This document shows, piece by piece, positions 10,249 through 19,542 of a stretch of DNA of 64,000 bases. The number at the start of each line of letters is the position of its first letter. Positions within the stretch are counted from its first letter, which is position 1. The notes below the pieces were generated by a model. The model did not search any database. It was not told the DNA's origin and saw nothing but the letters and a program-made list of their open reading frames with translations. The translations under genes were made by a program, and so were the position numbers. This DNA comes from a virus (lineage: Duplodnaviria; Caudoviricetes), in IMG/VR virus record IMGVR_UViG_3300028805_000061. One strand, written 5' to 3'.

Positions 10249-10438
10249 AGAAATTTTGGAACAACGGGAAATGACCACTTATCAATTATCTAAAGTAACA
10301 GGTATTAAAATCCCTACACTTGAGAATTGGACAAATGAGAGATCTTTGCCAAGGTTAGACAGTTTAGTCAAATTAGCTTTTGTTTTGGGTATTGAGGTAA
10401 CAGATTTGTATGAGGTATTAAATTATGAAATTGAATAA
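10226..10438 (+). CDS. XRE/Cro-like HTH regulator
   Basis: LKEILEQREMTTYQLSKVTGIKIPTLENW...PRLDSLVKLAFVLGIEVTDL. Confidence 0.85.
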   Translation: MKIKLKLKEILEQREMTTYQLSKVTGIKIPTLENWTNERSLPRLDSLVKLAFVLGIEVTDLYEVLNYEIE

Positions 10439-11369
10439 TAGTATAGCTTTTGTAGGAGATATACATTTACAATTTAATAATCCAACTTCAAGAATAGATA
10501 GTTATTTTGAAGCTATTTTAAATAAAATTTTACAAATAATGAAAACAAATAAATATATTGTTTCATTGGGAGATCTATTTTCTAATCCAGTATTAGATAT
10601 TCAAGGTACAATGATGTTTATTGAATTATTGAAAAAGTATAAAGAACAGGGTGGTACTTGGATAGAGATTATAGGTAATCATACAATTTATAATTGGCAA
10701 TTAAACACAATAAATAAAACTACTTTAGGGCTATTACATAAATTAGGTTTGATTCAAATATTAGATAGATCCCAGCAAATAGAAAACACTTTATCTAAAA
10801 TAGAGATTGAAGATTGGACTATAATTCCTAATTTATTAAATACTCCAAAAGAAATTATAGATGCTCCTACAGATAGATCAATTTTAGTTGGACATTGTTA
10901 TTATGCTTTTGAAAGAGATAAAAAACACTCTTTAGAATATGAAGATTTAAAAGAAAAGGGTTATAAATATTGTTTTCTAGGGCATGATCATCAACCTTAT
11001 AAACCTAAAGTAATTGAAGGTACTACTTTATATAGACCTGGTAGTTTAGCAAGGGAAGCTGCACATTCTTATAACTTTGACAGAAAAATAATTTATTATC
11101 AATTGAATTTAGATACTGATGAAATTAAATCAATAGAAGTAAAAGCTGCAGAAGCTGCTGAGATATTCTCTTTAGAAGTAATTAATAAACATAATGATAT
11201 AACTCCAAAATATGTATATGATATGGAAGAGTTAATGAAAAGTTTTAAACAGAAGAGAACAGTTAATATTTCAATAAAGAAAATGCTTGAAGAGAATAAA
11301 GAAATTCCAGATAGGATAGTTAATTTCATTAAAGATTGTTACGAAGCTTGTGAAATAGAGTTTGTATAG
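10425..11369 (+). CDS. SbcD/Mre11-like metallophosphoesterase nuclease
   Basis: VGDIH, LGDLF, IGNH, LVGH, LGHDH, RPGSL motifs; adjacent to the SbcC halves. Confidence 0.9.
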   Translation: MKLNNSIAFVGDIHLQFNNPTSRIDSYFEAILNKILQIMKTNKYIVSLGDLFSNPVLDIQGTMMFIELLKKYKEQGGTWIEIIGNHTIYNWQLNTINKTTLGLLHKLGLIQILDRSQQIENTLSKIEIEDWTIIPNLLNTPKEIIDAPTDRSILVGHCYYAFERDKKHSLEYEDLKEKGYKYCFLGHDHQPYKPKVIEGTTLYRPGSLAREAAHSYNFDRKIIYYQLNLDTDEIKSIEVKAAEAAEIFSLEVINKHNDITPKYVYDMEELMKSFKQKRTVNISIKKMLEENKEIPDRIVNFIKDCYEACEIEFV

Positions 11370-11384
11370 AAAGGAGAATTTTAA

Positions 11385-12119
11385 ATGATTATTACTTTAT
11401 TTGATAGATACAAAGAGAGTGATTTAATAAATAAAATGTGGGTAGCTGCTAGAACTTGTTATAGTGCAAATAATATAAGAGATTTAAAGATTGAAGCTGA
11501 AAATCTTACTATTGAAGAAAAATTAGACTTAATTAAAAAAGTATTTAAGTCTGGTCACTTATCAATTGCAGAACATATTTCTTTTACTTTTGGGATTTCA
11601 GGAATTAGTAGATCTTGTTCTCATCAATTAGTAAGAAATAGAATAGCCTCTTATTCTCAAGCTTCACAAAGATACATTAATTTTTCTGATAAAAGTTTTG
11701 ATTTTGTAACTCCTCCAGAAATAGATAAAAATCCAGAATTATTAGAAGAGTATATTAATTTTATGAATTTATGTAAAGAAAAATATGATAAATTTGTTAA
11801 AGCTGGTATAAAAGCTGAGGATGCTAGATTTGTTTTACCCAATGCAGCTTGTACTAATATATCTATGACTATGAATTTAAGAGAATTAATGCACGTTATG
11901 GGATTAAGACTTTGTTCAAGAGCTCAGTGGGAAATTAGACAAGTATTTCAAGAAATGCAAAAACAAACAATTGAACAATATCCTTTTCTAAAAGAATATT
12001 TACAACCTAATTGTGAACAATTGGGATTCTGCCCTGAAGGTCATGGGGCTTGTGGTAGAAAACCTAAGAAAAGTGAATTAATAGAATTATATAAAGAATC
12101 ACAAAAAGAAGATAAATAG
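11385..12119 (+). CDS. thyX: FAD-dependent thymidylate synthase
   Basis: AARTCY, GHLSIAEH, ISRSCSHQLVRNRIASYSQASQRY, EDARFVLP, NLREL, LRLCSRAQWEIR. Confidence 0.93.
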   Translation: MIITLFDRYKESDLINKMWVAARTCYSANNIRDLKIEAENLTIEEKLDLIKKVFKSGHLSIAEHISFTFGISGISRSCSHQLVRNRIASYSQASQRYINFSDKSFDFVTPPEIDKNPELLEEYINFMNLCKEKYDKFVKAGIKAEDARFVLPNAACTNISMTMNLRELMHVMGLRLCSRAQWEIRQVFQEMQKQTIEQYPFLKEYLQPNCEQLGFCPEGHGACGRKPKKSELIELYKESQKEDK

Positions 12120-12181
12120 GTCAAATTAATTTGAAACATAATAATAACTATATTAAATATAGTTATTATTTTGGAGGAAAA

Positions 12182-12769
12182 ATGACATTAGAAAGCACTA
12201 TATTACAATACCCTAAACCAAAACAGAGATATTTTGATGAAATGTATATGCAAATGGCAGTAAATATGGCTAAACTTTCCACTTGTGCAAGGGTTCAAGT
12301 TGGTGCTGTTTTAGTAATAGATGACAGGCCTTTGCTAAGTGGTTATAATGGATCACCAAGAGGACACCAGCATTGTATTGATATATTTCAAGAAAAATAT
12401 GAAAAATACTGTAGATCAAATAAAGAACCCATTAGTATATTTACTTTTAAAGATTTTATGAGTTTACCAGAAATAAAAGATGAACATGGTAAATTTTCTA
12501 GATTACATGAAGTACATGCTGAAATAAATATTATAGGTCAAGCTGCTTATAAGGGATTATCTACAAAAGGAGGTAAACTTTATGTAACATGTAGTCCTTG
12601 TAATGATTGTTGTAAATCTATATTAACAGCTGGAATAAAAGAAGTTGTATTTAAAGATTTATATGATAGAGAAACAGAAGGCTTAGAAATATTAGCTCAA
12701 TCAAAAGTATTGATAAGACAATTAATAATAGAGGATAGAGAAGTTAAGGAGAATTTACAATGGCAATAA
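12182..12769 (+). CDS. dCMP deaminase
   Basis: STCARVQVGAV, GYNGSP, HAE, SPCNDC. ATG at 12182 follows SD GGAGG. Confidence 0.92.
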   Translation: MTLESTILQYPKPKQRYFDEMYMQMAVNMAKLSTCARVQVGAVLVIDDRPLLSGYNGSPRGHQHCIDIFQEKYEKYCRSNKEPISIFTFKDFMSLPEIKDEHGKFSRLHEVHAEINIIGQAAYKGLSTKGGKLYVTCSPCNDCCKSILTAGIKEVVFKDLYDRETEGLEILAQSKVLIRQLIIEDREVKENLQWQ

Positions 12770-13164
12770 CGCATATTGATCCAGATTATAGAATTAAGTA
12801 TAAACATTTATTTAAAGAGAGAAAACCTTTTAGAAGCACAATGAGTACTATAAAAGATGAAATAGATAATATTCTTAAAGATTTTAATCAAGAAGTTGAT
12901 TCAGTATTCTATGCTGAAAATAAAATTTTAATTCCAGGGAAAGAGGGGAATCTTCCAAGACATGGTATAATAATTGAACATCAAGGAAAGAATGAAGATT
13001 TTGAAAGAGATTTTAATAATTATATAGAACATATAAAAGAATTAGCTAGAAAATTAGATAGTAAAACTTCAATATATGAATACTCCTTTAAAACAGAATT
13101 CACACAAAAAGATAAATGGGTTTTATATGAAGGAGATTATGTAGCTTATAATTTATCAATGTAA
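12760..13164 (+). CDS. Hypothetical protein
   Basis: ORF with SD AAGGAG in the operon. Confidence 0.6.
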   Translation: MAITHIDPDYRIKYKHLFKERKPFRSTMSTIKDEIDNILKDFNQEVDSVFYAENKILIPGKEGNLPRHGIIIEHQGKNEDFERDFNNYIEHIKELARKLDSKTSIYEYSFKTEFTQKDKWVLYEGDYVAYNLSM

Positions 13165-13176
13165 AGGAGATATAAA

Positions 13177-13704
13177 ATGGCAAAGAAACAAAAGTTAACA
13201 GAAGAAGAAAAAGAACAATTGAGAATTGAACGTCATAATCAAATAATGGCTCTTTATAAAGTAGATAAAGATAAAGTAGAATTTCTTGGACAAGATAAAA
13301 AGAATTCTTATTTCCATAATCCAGATAATGATAGAATTCTTAGGGAAGCAGTTGAAAAAGCTCCATTTACAATTGATTTAAGAGCTTATACTGATATTTA
13401 TATTTTAGACGTATTTATGGAAAAATCAAAGAGTTTTGTTACAATGATTAAAAGAGTAGCTGGTAAAGACTTAACTAATCCTAGATTAGAAGGTAAATCT
13501 CTTATTATGACTATTAATGGTGATGCTTATTATGGTTTAAGCGAACAAAGAAAAAAATACTATTTCTTAAAAGAGTTATCTAGACTATCGTATAATGCTG
13601 AAAAAGAACAATATAAGATTTTAAAATATGAATATCAAAATAATGAAAATCTAATTGATTTATATGGTGTTCATCCAACTGAAGAAGCTATAGCAGATCT
13701 ATAA
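13177..13704 (+). CDS. Degenerate phage metallopeptidase-like protein
   Basis: LIMTINGDAYYGLSEQRKKYYFLKELSRL resembles the iieingd.w..l...qr.ali.HElxH pattern of putative phage metallopeptidases, with both His ligands lost. Confidence 0.4.
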   Translation: MAKKQKLTEEEKEQLRIERHNQIMALYKVDKDKVEFLGQDKKNSYFHNPDNDRILREAVEKAPFTIDLRAYTDIYILDVFMEKSKSFVTMIKRVAGKDLTNPRLEGKSLIMTINGDAYYGLSEQRKKYYFLKELSRLSYNAEKEQYKILKYEYQNNENLIDLYGVHPTEEAIADL

Positions 13705-13715
13705 GGAGGAACATT

Positions 13716-13982
13716 ATGATAAAGAAGTATAGAAAGAAACCAGTAATAATAGAAGCTGTTCAATGGACTGGGGATAATGCTACAGAAATATATCTATTTT
13801 TCAAAACTGTATTGCATAATTATTATTTTGAAATAGATGAAGCTGATCAAGTTATCAGAATTGAAACATTAGAAGGAATAATGACAGCTAATAAAAATGA
13901 CTACATTATCAAAGGAGTGAAAAATGAATTTTATCCTTGTAAACCAGATATATTTGAACAAACTTATGAGGTAGTAGAATAA
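13716..13982 (+). CDS. Conserved small phage protein (KKPVxIEA family)
   Basis: KKYRKKPVIIEAVQW...IETLEG.M.A...DYIIKGVKNEFYPCKPDIFEQTYE, a widespread phage family of unknown function. Confidence 0.8.
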   Translation: MIKKYRKKPVIIEAVQWTGDNATEIYLFFKTVLHNYYFEIDEADQVIRIETLEGIMTANKNDYIIKGVKNEFYPCKPDIFEQTYEVVE

Positions 13983-14512
13983 TGAATTGGTTTGAAAAAA
14001 TAAGAGATAATTTAATTCCAATAGAAAAACTATATAACAAATTTTTCTATACAGATAAAGTAGCTTCTTTATTATTAAAACTTCCAATAAGTGAAGTAGG
14101 AGATGAGACTGCTTTAGTACAATTTTTAAGTAAAGGTTTTTCTAAATACAGTTTACTTAAATTATATAAAAAACAACAAAAATACGAATTATATATAAAT
14201 AAGGCAATGGCTAAATTTAGAGTATATGATTCAAATACTAGAAAATATATTCAACTAATAAGAATACAATATGGTCAAGGTATTGAATATTTGTTACTAG
14301 GAGAAATTTTAGAAAGAGATTATAAATTCAGTTTTAAATTTACTCCACAACAAATAGCTGAAGATAATGGTTATTTATTATGTACTCAAATAGAACAAGC
14401 ATTAAATAGAATGCCAGACTACTTTAAGGATAAAGATAAAAACACTCTTAGAGCTATTAGAAAAATGATAAAAGAAGAACAAATATTAAAGAAATTAGAA
14501 GATGACGAATAA
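13982..14512 (+). CDS. Hypothetical protein
   Basis: Coupled ORF upstream of the TOPRIM gene. Confidence 0.6.
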   Translation: MNWFEKIRDNLIPIEKLYNKFFYTDKVASLLLKLPISEVGDETALVQFLSKGFSKYSLLKLYKKQQKYELYINKAMAKFRVYDSNTRKYIQLIRIQYGQGIEYLLLGEILERDYKFSFKFTPQQIAEDNGYLLCTQIEQALNRMPDYFKDKDKNTLRAIRKMIKEEQILKKLEDDE

Positions 14513-15194
14513 ACAGTTGTTTTATGACAATATATATTTAAAACAATTTATAGAATTATATAAACAATGTAAGATAGCTTCTAATTTAACTAAAGTAAAC
14601 AATGAAGAAAAAAGGGTATTCTCTATTAAAAAGGGTTTACCCATTAAATTTGGTTGTACTAAAAAATTATTAAATTATATTCCACAAAAAGAAGGGATGT
14701 ATAATTTCTGGAAAGAGAATAAATATTTTTGGATTATTCCTTTAGAAATAATGCCAGAGAAAGTATATGGTTTTATTTTAAGAGGATATGAAAAACATTA
14801 TACTGTATTTAGACTAACTAACAATTTACCAGTATTATTTGGTTTATATGATTTTAAAGATTTTGAATTTGGAACTTCTCAGCCTATAATTCTTACAGAA
14901 GGCGTTAAAGATGCATTAGTATTAAAAACAATATATCCTTATACTATTTCATTAAATACAGCTGGACTTACAGTTAATAGTATACAAGTAGTTTCTAGTT
15001 TATCTAATAATTTTATTCTTATTTATGATAATGATAAACCAGGTAAAGAAGCTTCACAGAGAGACATAGAATCACTTACAGAATTAGGTTGTAAAGTTAT
15101 AAATATAATCCCCACTTTTAAAGATGTTGGAAAGTACATTGATAATCCTCTGCAATTAAAAATATTATATTCATCTATAAAACAATATTTATAA
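14502..15194 (+). CDS. DnaG-type primase catalytic (TOPRIM) domain, no zinc finger
   Basis: IIPL...VYGFILR, LFGL, IILTEGVKDAL, ILIYDNDKPG, KDVGK. Confidence 0.8.
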   Translation: MTNKQLFYDNIYLKQFIELYKQCKIASNLTKVNNEEKRVFSIKKGLPIKFGCTKKLLNYIPQKEGMYNFWKENKYFWIIPLEIMPEKVYGFILRGYEKHYTVFRLTNNLPVLFGLYDFKDFEFGTSQPIILTEGVKDALVLKTIYPYTISLNTAGLTVNSIQVVSSLSNNFILIYDNDKPGKEASQRDIESLTELGCKVINIIPTFKDVGKYIDNPLQLKILYSSIKQYL

Positions 15195-15222
15195 ATGATT
15201 TAATTTTTAAGAGGGTTTATAG

Positions 15223-15843
15223 ATGAATCCAGCAATTAAAAGAAATTTTTATAGACAATGTAAAGAAGACATTGATTGGTATATGGCCAATAATAGTAAA
15301 GAAGACTATGCAATGCTTTATAGATTGTTAGGGTCACCGGCTTCTTCAAAATTTGTTAATTTTGAAGGTAGAATGGCTGAAGATTTACTAAAAGAATTAA
15401 GAATGTATTTTGCAAATAAAATGAATGATAGACCAGGACCTGGTCCCCATCCTCATCCTGGTCCATGTCCACCGATCCCTATTCATGATTTAATTAAAAT
15501 TATGGAAGAAATATTTACAAAAGCTTCTACAACAAGACCTGGATTAATAAGAATAGCTACTGATGAAGAAGCATTAAAAGCTACTTCTATTGATACTGCA
15601 ATTACTCCACATACTTTAGCTTTATTTTTAGATACTAAAGGAATAGGAGAAACTTATGAATATGATCTAGGAGGAGTTGCTTCTAATCAGTGGGAGATTA
15701 ATCATAATCTAGGAAGATACCCTACAGTAATAGTAGTAGATAGTTCTGGTAGGGAAGTTATTACAGAAGTACAATATATTGATAAGAATAATTGTATAGT
15801 CTTTTCTAAAGGCGAATTTAAAGGTACAGCTTACTTAAATTAA
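15223..15843 (+). CDS. Virion/tail-fibre-associated protein
   Basis: Pro/His linker, tail-fibre repeat ASTTRPGLIRIAT, C-terminal WEINHNLGRYPTVIVVDS...F.G.AYLN phage domain. Confidence 0.65.
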   Translation: MNPAIKRNFYRQCKEDIDWYMANNSKEDYAMLYRLLGSPASSKFVNFEGRMAEDLLKELRMYFANKMNDRPGPGPHPHPGPCPPIPIHDLIKIMEEIFTKASTTRPGLIRIATDEEALKATSIDTAITPHTLALFLDTKGIGETYEYDLGGVASNQWEINHNLGRYPTVIVVDSSGREVITEVQYIDKNNCIVFSKGEFKGTAYLN

Positions 15844-15865
15844 AATAATAAGGAGGAAAATTAAA

Positions 15866-17470
15866 ATGGCTAAAACCGTACTTTGTGATTTAAACTTAAA
15901 TCAAAATGAATTACAGAATGTTGTAATTCAAAATTTGGCAGATGCCCCAGTAAATCCAGTAGCTGGTCAACATTATTTTAATACAGTTGATCACATAGAA
16001 TATGTTTATGATGGTACTGCTTGGCGTAATTCTTTATCAACTGGAGATTACACTTTTCAAAATGGTATTATTGAATTAACTGGTGCTGATGCTGGTAAAG
16101 TTCAATTAAATATTGCTTCAGGAGATAATGCTGGTAATATTACATTAACAGCTAATGCAAATGGTTTAAAAGCAGATGTAGCAGAAGCAACTAATGCTTT
16201 AAAAGGTATTGTTCAATTTGCAACTGATGCTCAAGCTATTGCTGGGACAGCTGAAGATTTAGTAATTAATCCTAAACAATTAGCTACAGCAATTGATGGA
16301 GATATTGAATTAACTGATTTATCAATTGCAGCTGGTTCAACTGATTACTTAGAGTATAATAATACTAACGGTCAATTCGGTGCTAAAGTTGATACAACTG
16401 TTACAGATTCTTCTACAAACTTAGTTACTTCTGGAGCAGTAGCTACAGCAATTGCTAATTTTATTGAATTAACAGATCTTTCAATTGATTCTGGTTCTAC
16501 TAATTATTTAGGTTATAATAGTTCAACTGGTAAATTTTCAGCTAATGTTGATACAGTAGTTGGTACAGTAGATACAAATTTAGTTACTTCTGGAGCAGTA
16601 GAAACTGCAATTGCTAATTTTATTGAATTAACAGATCTTTCAGTTGCTTCAGCTTCAGCTAACTATTTAACTTACAATAATGCAAACGGAGAATTTGCAG
16701 TAAATGTTGATACTACAGTTACAGATTCTTCTACAAACTTAGTTACTTCCGGAGCAGTAGCTACAGCAATTGCTACAGCTTTAGTTGGTGGAGTTATTTA
16801 TCAAGGTACTTGGGACATTACTGGTGCTACTGATTTTTCAGGAATTACTCTTCCAGTTAAGAAAGGTTACTTATATTATGTAGCTGGTACCGGCCCTGTT
16901 ACAGTTGGTGGTATTGAATGGAATGCTGGAGACTATTTATTAGTTAATGAAGATGTTGCAGCTGGTGGTTCTTTATCTGGTAAAGTTGAAAAAATAGATA
17001 ACACAGAAGCTACAGATATTGTAAGATTAGATGCTACTCAAACATTAACTAATAAAACTATTGATTGTGCTACCTCTGGTGTTGGAGCTGGTAATAACGT
17101 TATTACTAATTTACCATTTAGTTCATTTGCAGCAGCTACAGTAGTTGATTCTACAGCTGGTATTGCAGCTACAGATTCTGCTTCAGATGTAAAAGTAGTT
17201 ACAGAAAAAGCAGTAGCAGCAGCATTAGATGATAAAGCTGGTAAATTGGTAGTAGCTAACACAGCAATTACACCTGATTCAGGAGTTGCTACTTGGAATA
17301 TTTCTAATACATTAGGTACTGCAGATGTAGTATTAATGATAAAAGAAGTAGCTACAGGTGATGAAGTAATAGCAGATGTAAAAGTTTCTGCAGAAAGCAT
17401 CATAATTAAATTTAATGCTTTAGCAGAAGTAGCAGCTAATACTTATAAAGCAGTTATTCTGGGTTGCTAA
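15866..17470 (+). CDS. Tail fibre-like structural protein with internal repeats
   Basis: A/T/G/S-rich, ATNALKGIVQFAT fibre motif, three about 53-aa repeats, YQGTWD...GYLYYV...GDYLL domain, QTLTNKTI. Confidence 0.7.
   Translation: MAKTVLCDLNLNQNELQNVVIQNLADAPVNPVAGQHYFNTVDHIEYVYDGTAWRNSLSTGDYTFQNGIIELTGADAGKVQLNIASGDNAGNITLTANANGLKADVAEATNALKGIVQFATDAQAIAGTAEDLVINPKQLATAIDGDIELTDLSIAAGSTDYLEYNNTNGQFGAKVDTTVTDSSTNLVTSGAVATAIANFIELTDLSIDSGSTNYLGYNSSTGKFSANVDTVVGTVDTNLVTSGAVETAIANFIELTDLSVASASANYLTYNNANGEFAVNVDTTVTDSSTNLVTSGAVATAIATALVGGVIYQGTWDITGATDFSGITLPVKKGYLYYVAGTGPVTVGGIEWNAGDYLLVNEDVAAGGSLSGKVEKIDNTEATDIVRLDATQTLTNKTIDCATSGVGAGNNVITNLPFSSFAAATVVDSTAGIAATDSASDVKVVTEKAVAAALDDKAGKLVVANTAITPDSGVATWNISNTLGTADVVLMIKEVATGDEVIADVKVSAESIIIKFNALAEVAANTYKAVILGC
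16303..16776 (+). repeat. Three tandem 159-nt (53-aa) intragenic repeats
   Basis: IELTDLS...YL.YN...G.F...VDT.V....TNLVTSGAV.TAIA recurs three times with near-identical DNA (ttagttacttc.ggagcagtag). Confidence 0.85.
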
Positions 17471-17516
17471 TAATCAAGAAATTCTAATTCTAAATTACTA
17501 ATAGGAAAAGTAAACA

Positions 17517-17729
17517 ATGAAATATTTGAATTTAGATATAGATAGTACTTTAGGAGGAGATAACGCTAGTGATAGCGTTATCCCTTCCCAAAAGGCTATA
17601 AAAACGTATGTTGATAATGCCGTTCCTCATATTACAGTAGAATCAGATGCCAATGGGAATGTTGTTTTGTCTACTGCTGGTATATATGTATCTGATGATG
17701 GTAGCGGAAATGTAGTTATAGAAATGTAA
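17517..17729 (+). CDS. Small tail-fibre-associated protein
   Basis: LGGDNASDSVIPSQKAIKTYVD fibre motif. Confidence 0.65.
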   Translation: MKYLNLDIDSTLGGDNASDSVIPSQKAIKTYVDNAVPHITVESDANGNVVLSTAGIYVSDDGSGNVVIEM

Positions 17730-17742
17730 ATAGGGGTATAAA

Positions 17743-19482
17743 ATGACATCCAGTTTAAAAGAAATGAAAACCCTTAATTTTGGGGGTCCTGATACATATC
17801 AAATAATAGATGACACTGCTTTACATAGTAGTGATATTACTTCTACTTATTCAGCAACCGGTACTGCAGCAGTAAATGGTACAGCAGTAGCTTCAGCAAT
17901 AAGTGGTAAACAAGATTCAAGTACAGCAGTTACTTATAATGGTAGTGCTACTGGTGGAGTAAATCAAGGAGTTTATATAGACGCTAATGGTTTAGTTCAA
18001 CTTTGTGATGCTGTTACTTCTATATATTTAGCAACTGGTACAGCTCCAGTAAATGGTACAGCAATAGCATCAGCAATTGCTAATCTTGTTCATGATTCTA
18101 GAACAATAAATAATAAAGATTTGAGTTCTAATATTATTTTAGATGCTTCTGATGTTGGTGCTTTACCAAGTACTACAACAATTAATAGTTTAACAAATGA
18201 AGCCCAACAAAATGCTTTAAATTCAGGAGCTAATTCTACTAATATTGGACAAATAGCTACTAATACAAGTGATATATCTACTATTAATGATAAAATCCCT
18301 TCTGCTGCAACAACTCAAAATCAATTAGCAGATAAAGCTTTTGTTAATTCTACAGTTGCAACAAATACAGCTAATTTTATTGGTACATTTAGTAATATTC
18401 CTAGTTTGAATGCCTATTCTGGAACTGTTACTAATAATGATTATGCTTTTGTTGTAAATAGTGTAATTACTGATAGTGGTAATGATTGGGCAAGTTATTC
18501 TGCTTTAAATGCTTACACTAAAAGTTTACTTACAAATTTTGATTATGCTTGGGTTATAAATGGTACAAAATTTGATTTATATAGATTTGATATTATAGAA
18601 CAAACCTGGGATTTAAAAGTTTCTGATACTATAAAAGAAACAGTTACATTAAATACAGCTTATAATAGGTATAAAGCTACAGTATCTGATAGTACAACTA
18701 CTTGGGCTTATGAATTTACTTTAAATAATTCTAGTTTTACAGCTGATCAATGGGCAGCTATTACTTCAGGAATTACTTCTGGAGATGTAGCTTTAATTGC
18801 GACTGCATTACAATCAAGTGATGTAGTAAGTACTTATAATTCTTCTGGAACTGCTCCTATTAATGGTGCTGGGGTTGCTGCTGCATTAGCTACTTTAACA
18901 ATTCCTACTACTACAAATAGTGTAACATCTGGTGGAACTGCTGCTTTAACTTCAGGTGGTGCTTATACAAATTTAGTTAGAAGATTAAGTACTTCAGCTG
19001 CTACTGGTAGTACTTCACAAGGAGTTTATATAGATGCTAATGGTCAAGTTCAAACTTGTACAGCAGTAACATCTACTTATAATTCTTCTGGAACTGCTCC
19101 AGTAAATGGTACAGCAGTAGCATCTGCATTAAGCAATTTAAGCTTTGCTCCTATAAGTTCTATAACTACTCAAGATATTACTACTTTAAATAGCGGTACT
19201 ATAGCACTAACTTCAGGAGTTGCTATTTATAAACATACTCCATCAGCTGCTACTACTTATTCATTTAGTACTAGTAATTTAAGTTTAACAAGTTCAGTAG
19301 CTTATACTTTTGAATTACTTGTAATAATGACAAGCACAGCATACACTCTTACATTTCCTGCAAGTTTAACTTGGCAAGATGGAAGTGCTCCCGATTTAAG
19401 TGCAACTGGTACTTACTATTTTGCATTTAGAACAGTAAATGCTGGTACTAATTGGATTGGTAACTTACAAGGTAAATGGTAA
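17743..19482 (+). CDS. Tail fibre protein
   Basis: T/S/A/N-rich, repeated VTSTYNSSGTAPVNGTAVASA units, RTINNKDLSSNIILDASDVGAL motif, C-terminal LTFPASLTW...PDL...GTYYFAF...W adaptor-like domain. Confidence 0.75.
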   Translation: MTSSLKEMKTLNFGGPDTYQIIDDTALHSSDITSTYSATGTAAVNGTAVASAISGKQDSSTAVTYNGSATGGVNQGVYIDANGLVQLCDAVTSIYLATGTAPVNGTAIASAIANLVHDSRTINNKDLSSNIILDASDVGALPSTTTINSLTNEAQQNALNSGANSTNIGQIATNTSDISTINDKIPSAATTQNQLADKAFVNSTVATNTANFIGTFSNIPSLNAYSGTVTNNDYAFVVNSVITDSGNDWASYSALNAYTKSLLTNFDYAWVINGTKFDLYRFDIIEQTWDLKVSDTIKETVTLNTAYNRYKATVSDSTTTWAYEFTLNNSSFTADQWAAITSGITSGDVALIATALQSSDVVSTYNSSGTAPINGAGVAAALATLTIPTTTNSVTSGGTAALTSGGAYTNLVRRLSTSAATGSTSQGVYIDANGQVQTCTAVTSTYNSSGTAPVNGTAVASALSNLSFAPISSITTQDITTLNSGTIALTSGVAIYKHTPSAATTYSFSTSNLSLTSSVAYTFELLVIMTSTAYTLTFPASLTWQDGSAPDLSATGTYYFAFRTVNAGTNWIGNLQGKW

Positions 19483-19542
19483 TTTTTATAAATTAATACA
19501 TAAAATATAATAGAAAAATACTTTTAAAAGGAGTTTGGTAAA

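Noticed and set aside
13716-13982. Assignment as Tad2 or another named anti-defence protein
   Set aside because: Lacks the Tad2/DUF2829 FGEAL...R.GWNG...W.PSQ.D..A.DW pattern; left as a family of unknown function.
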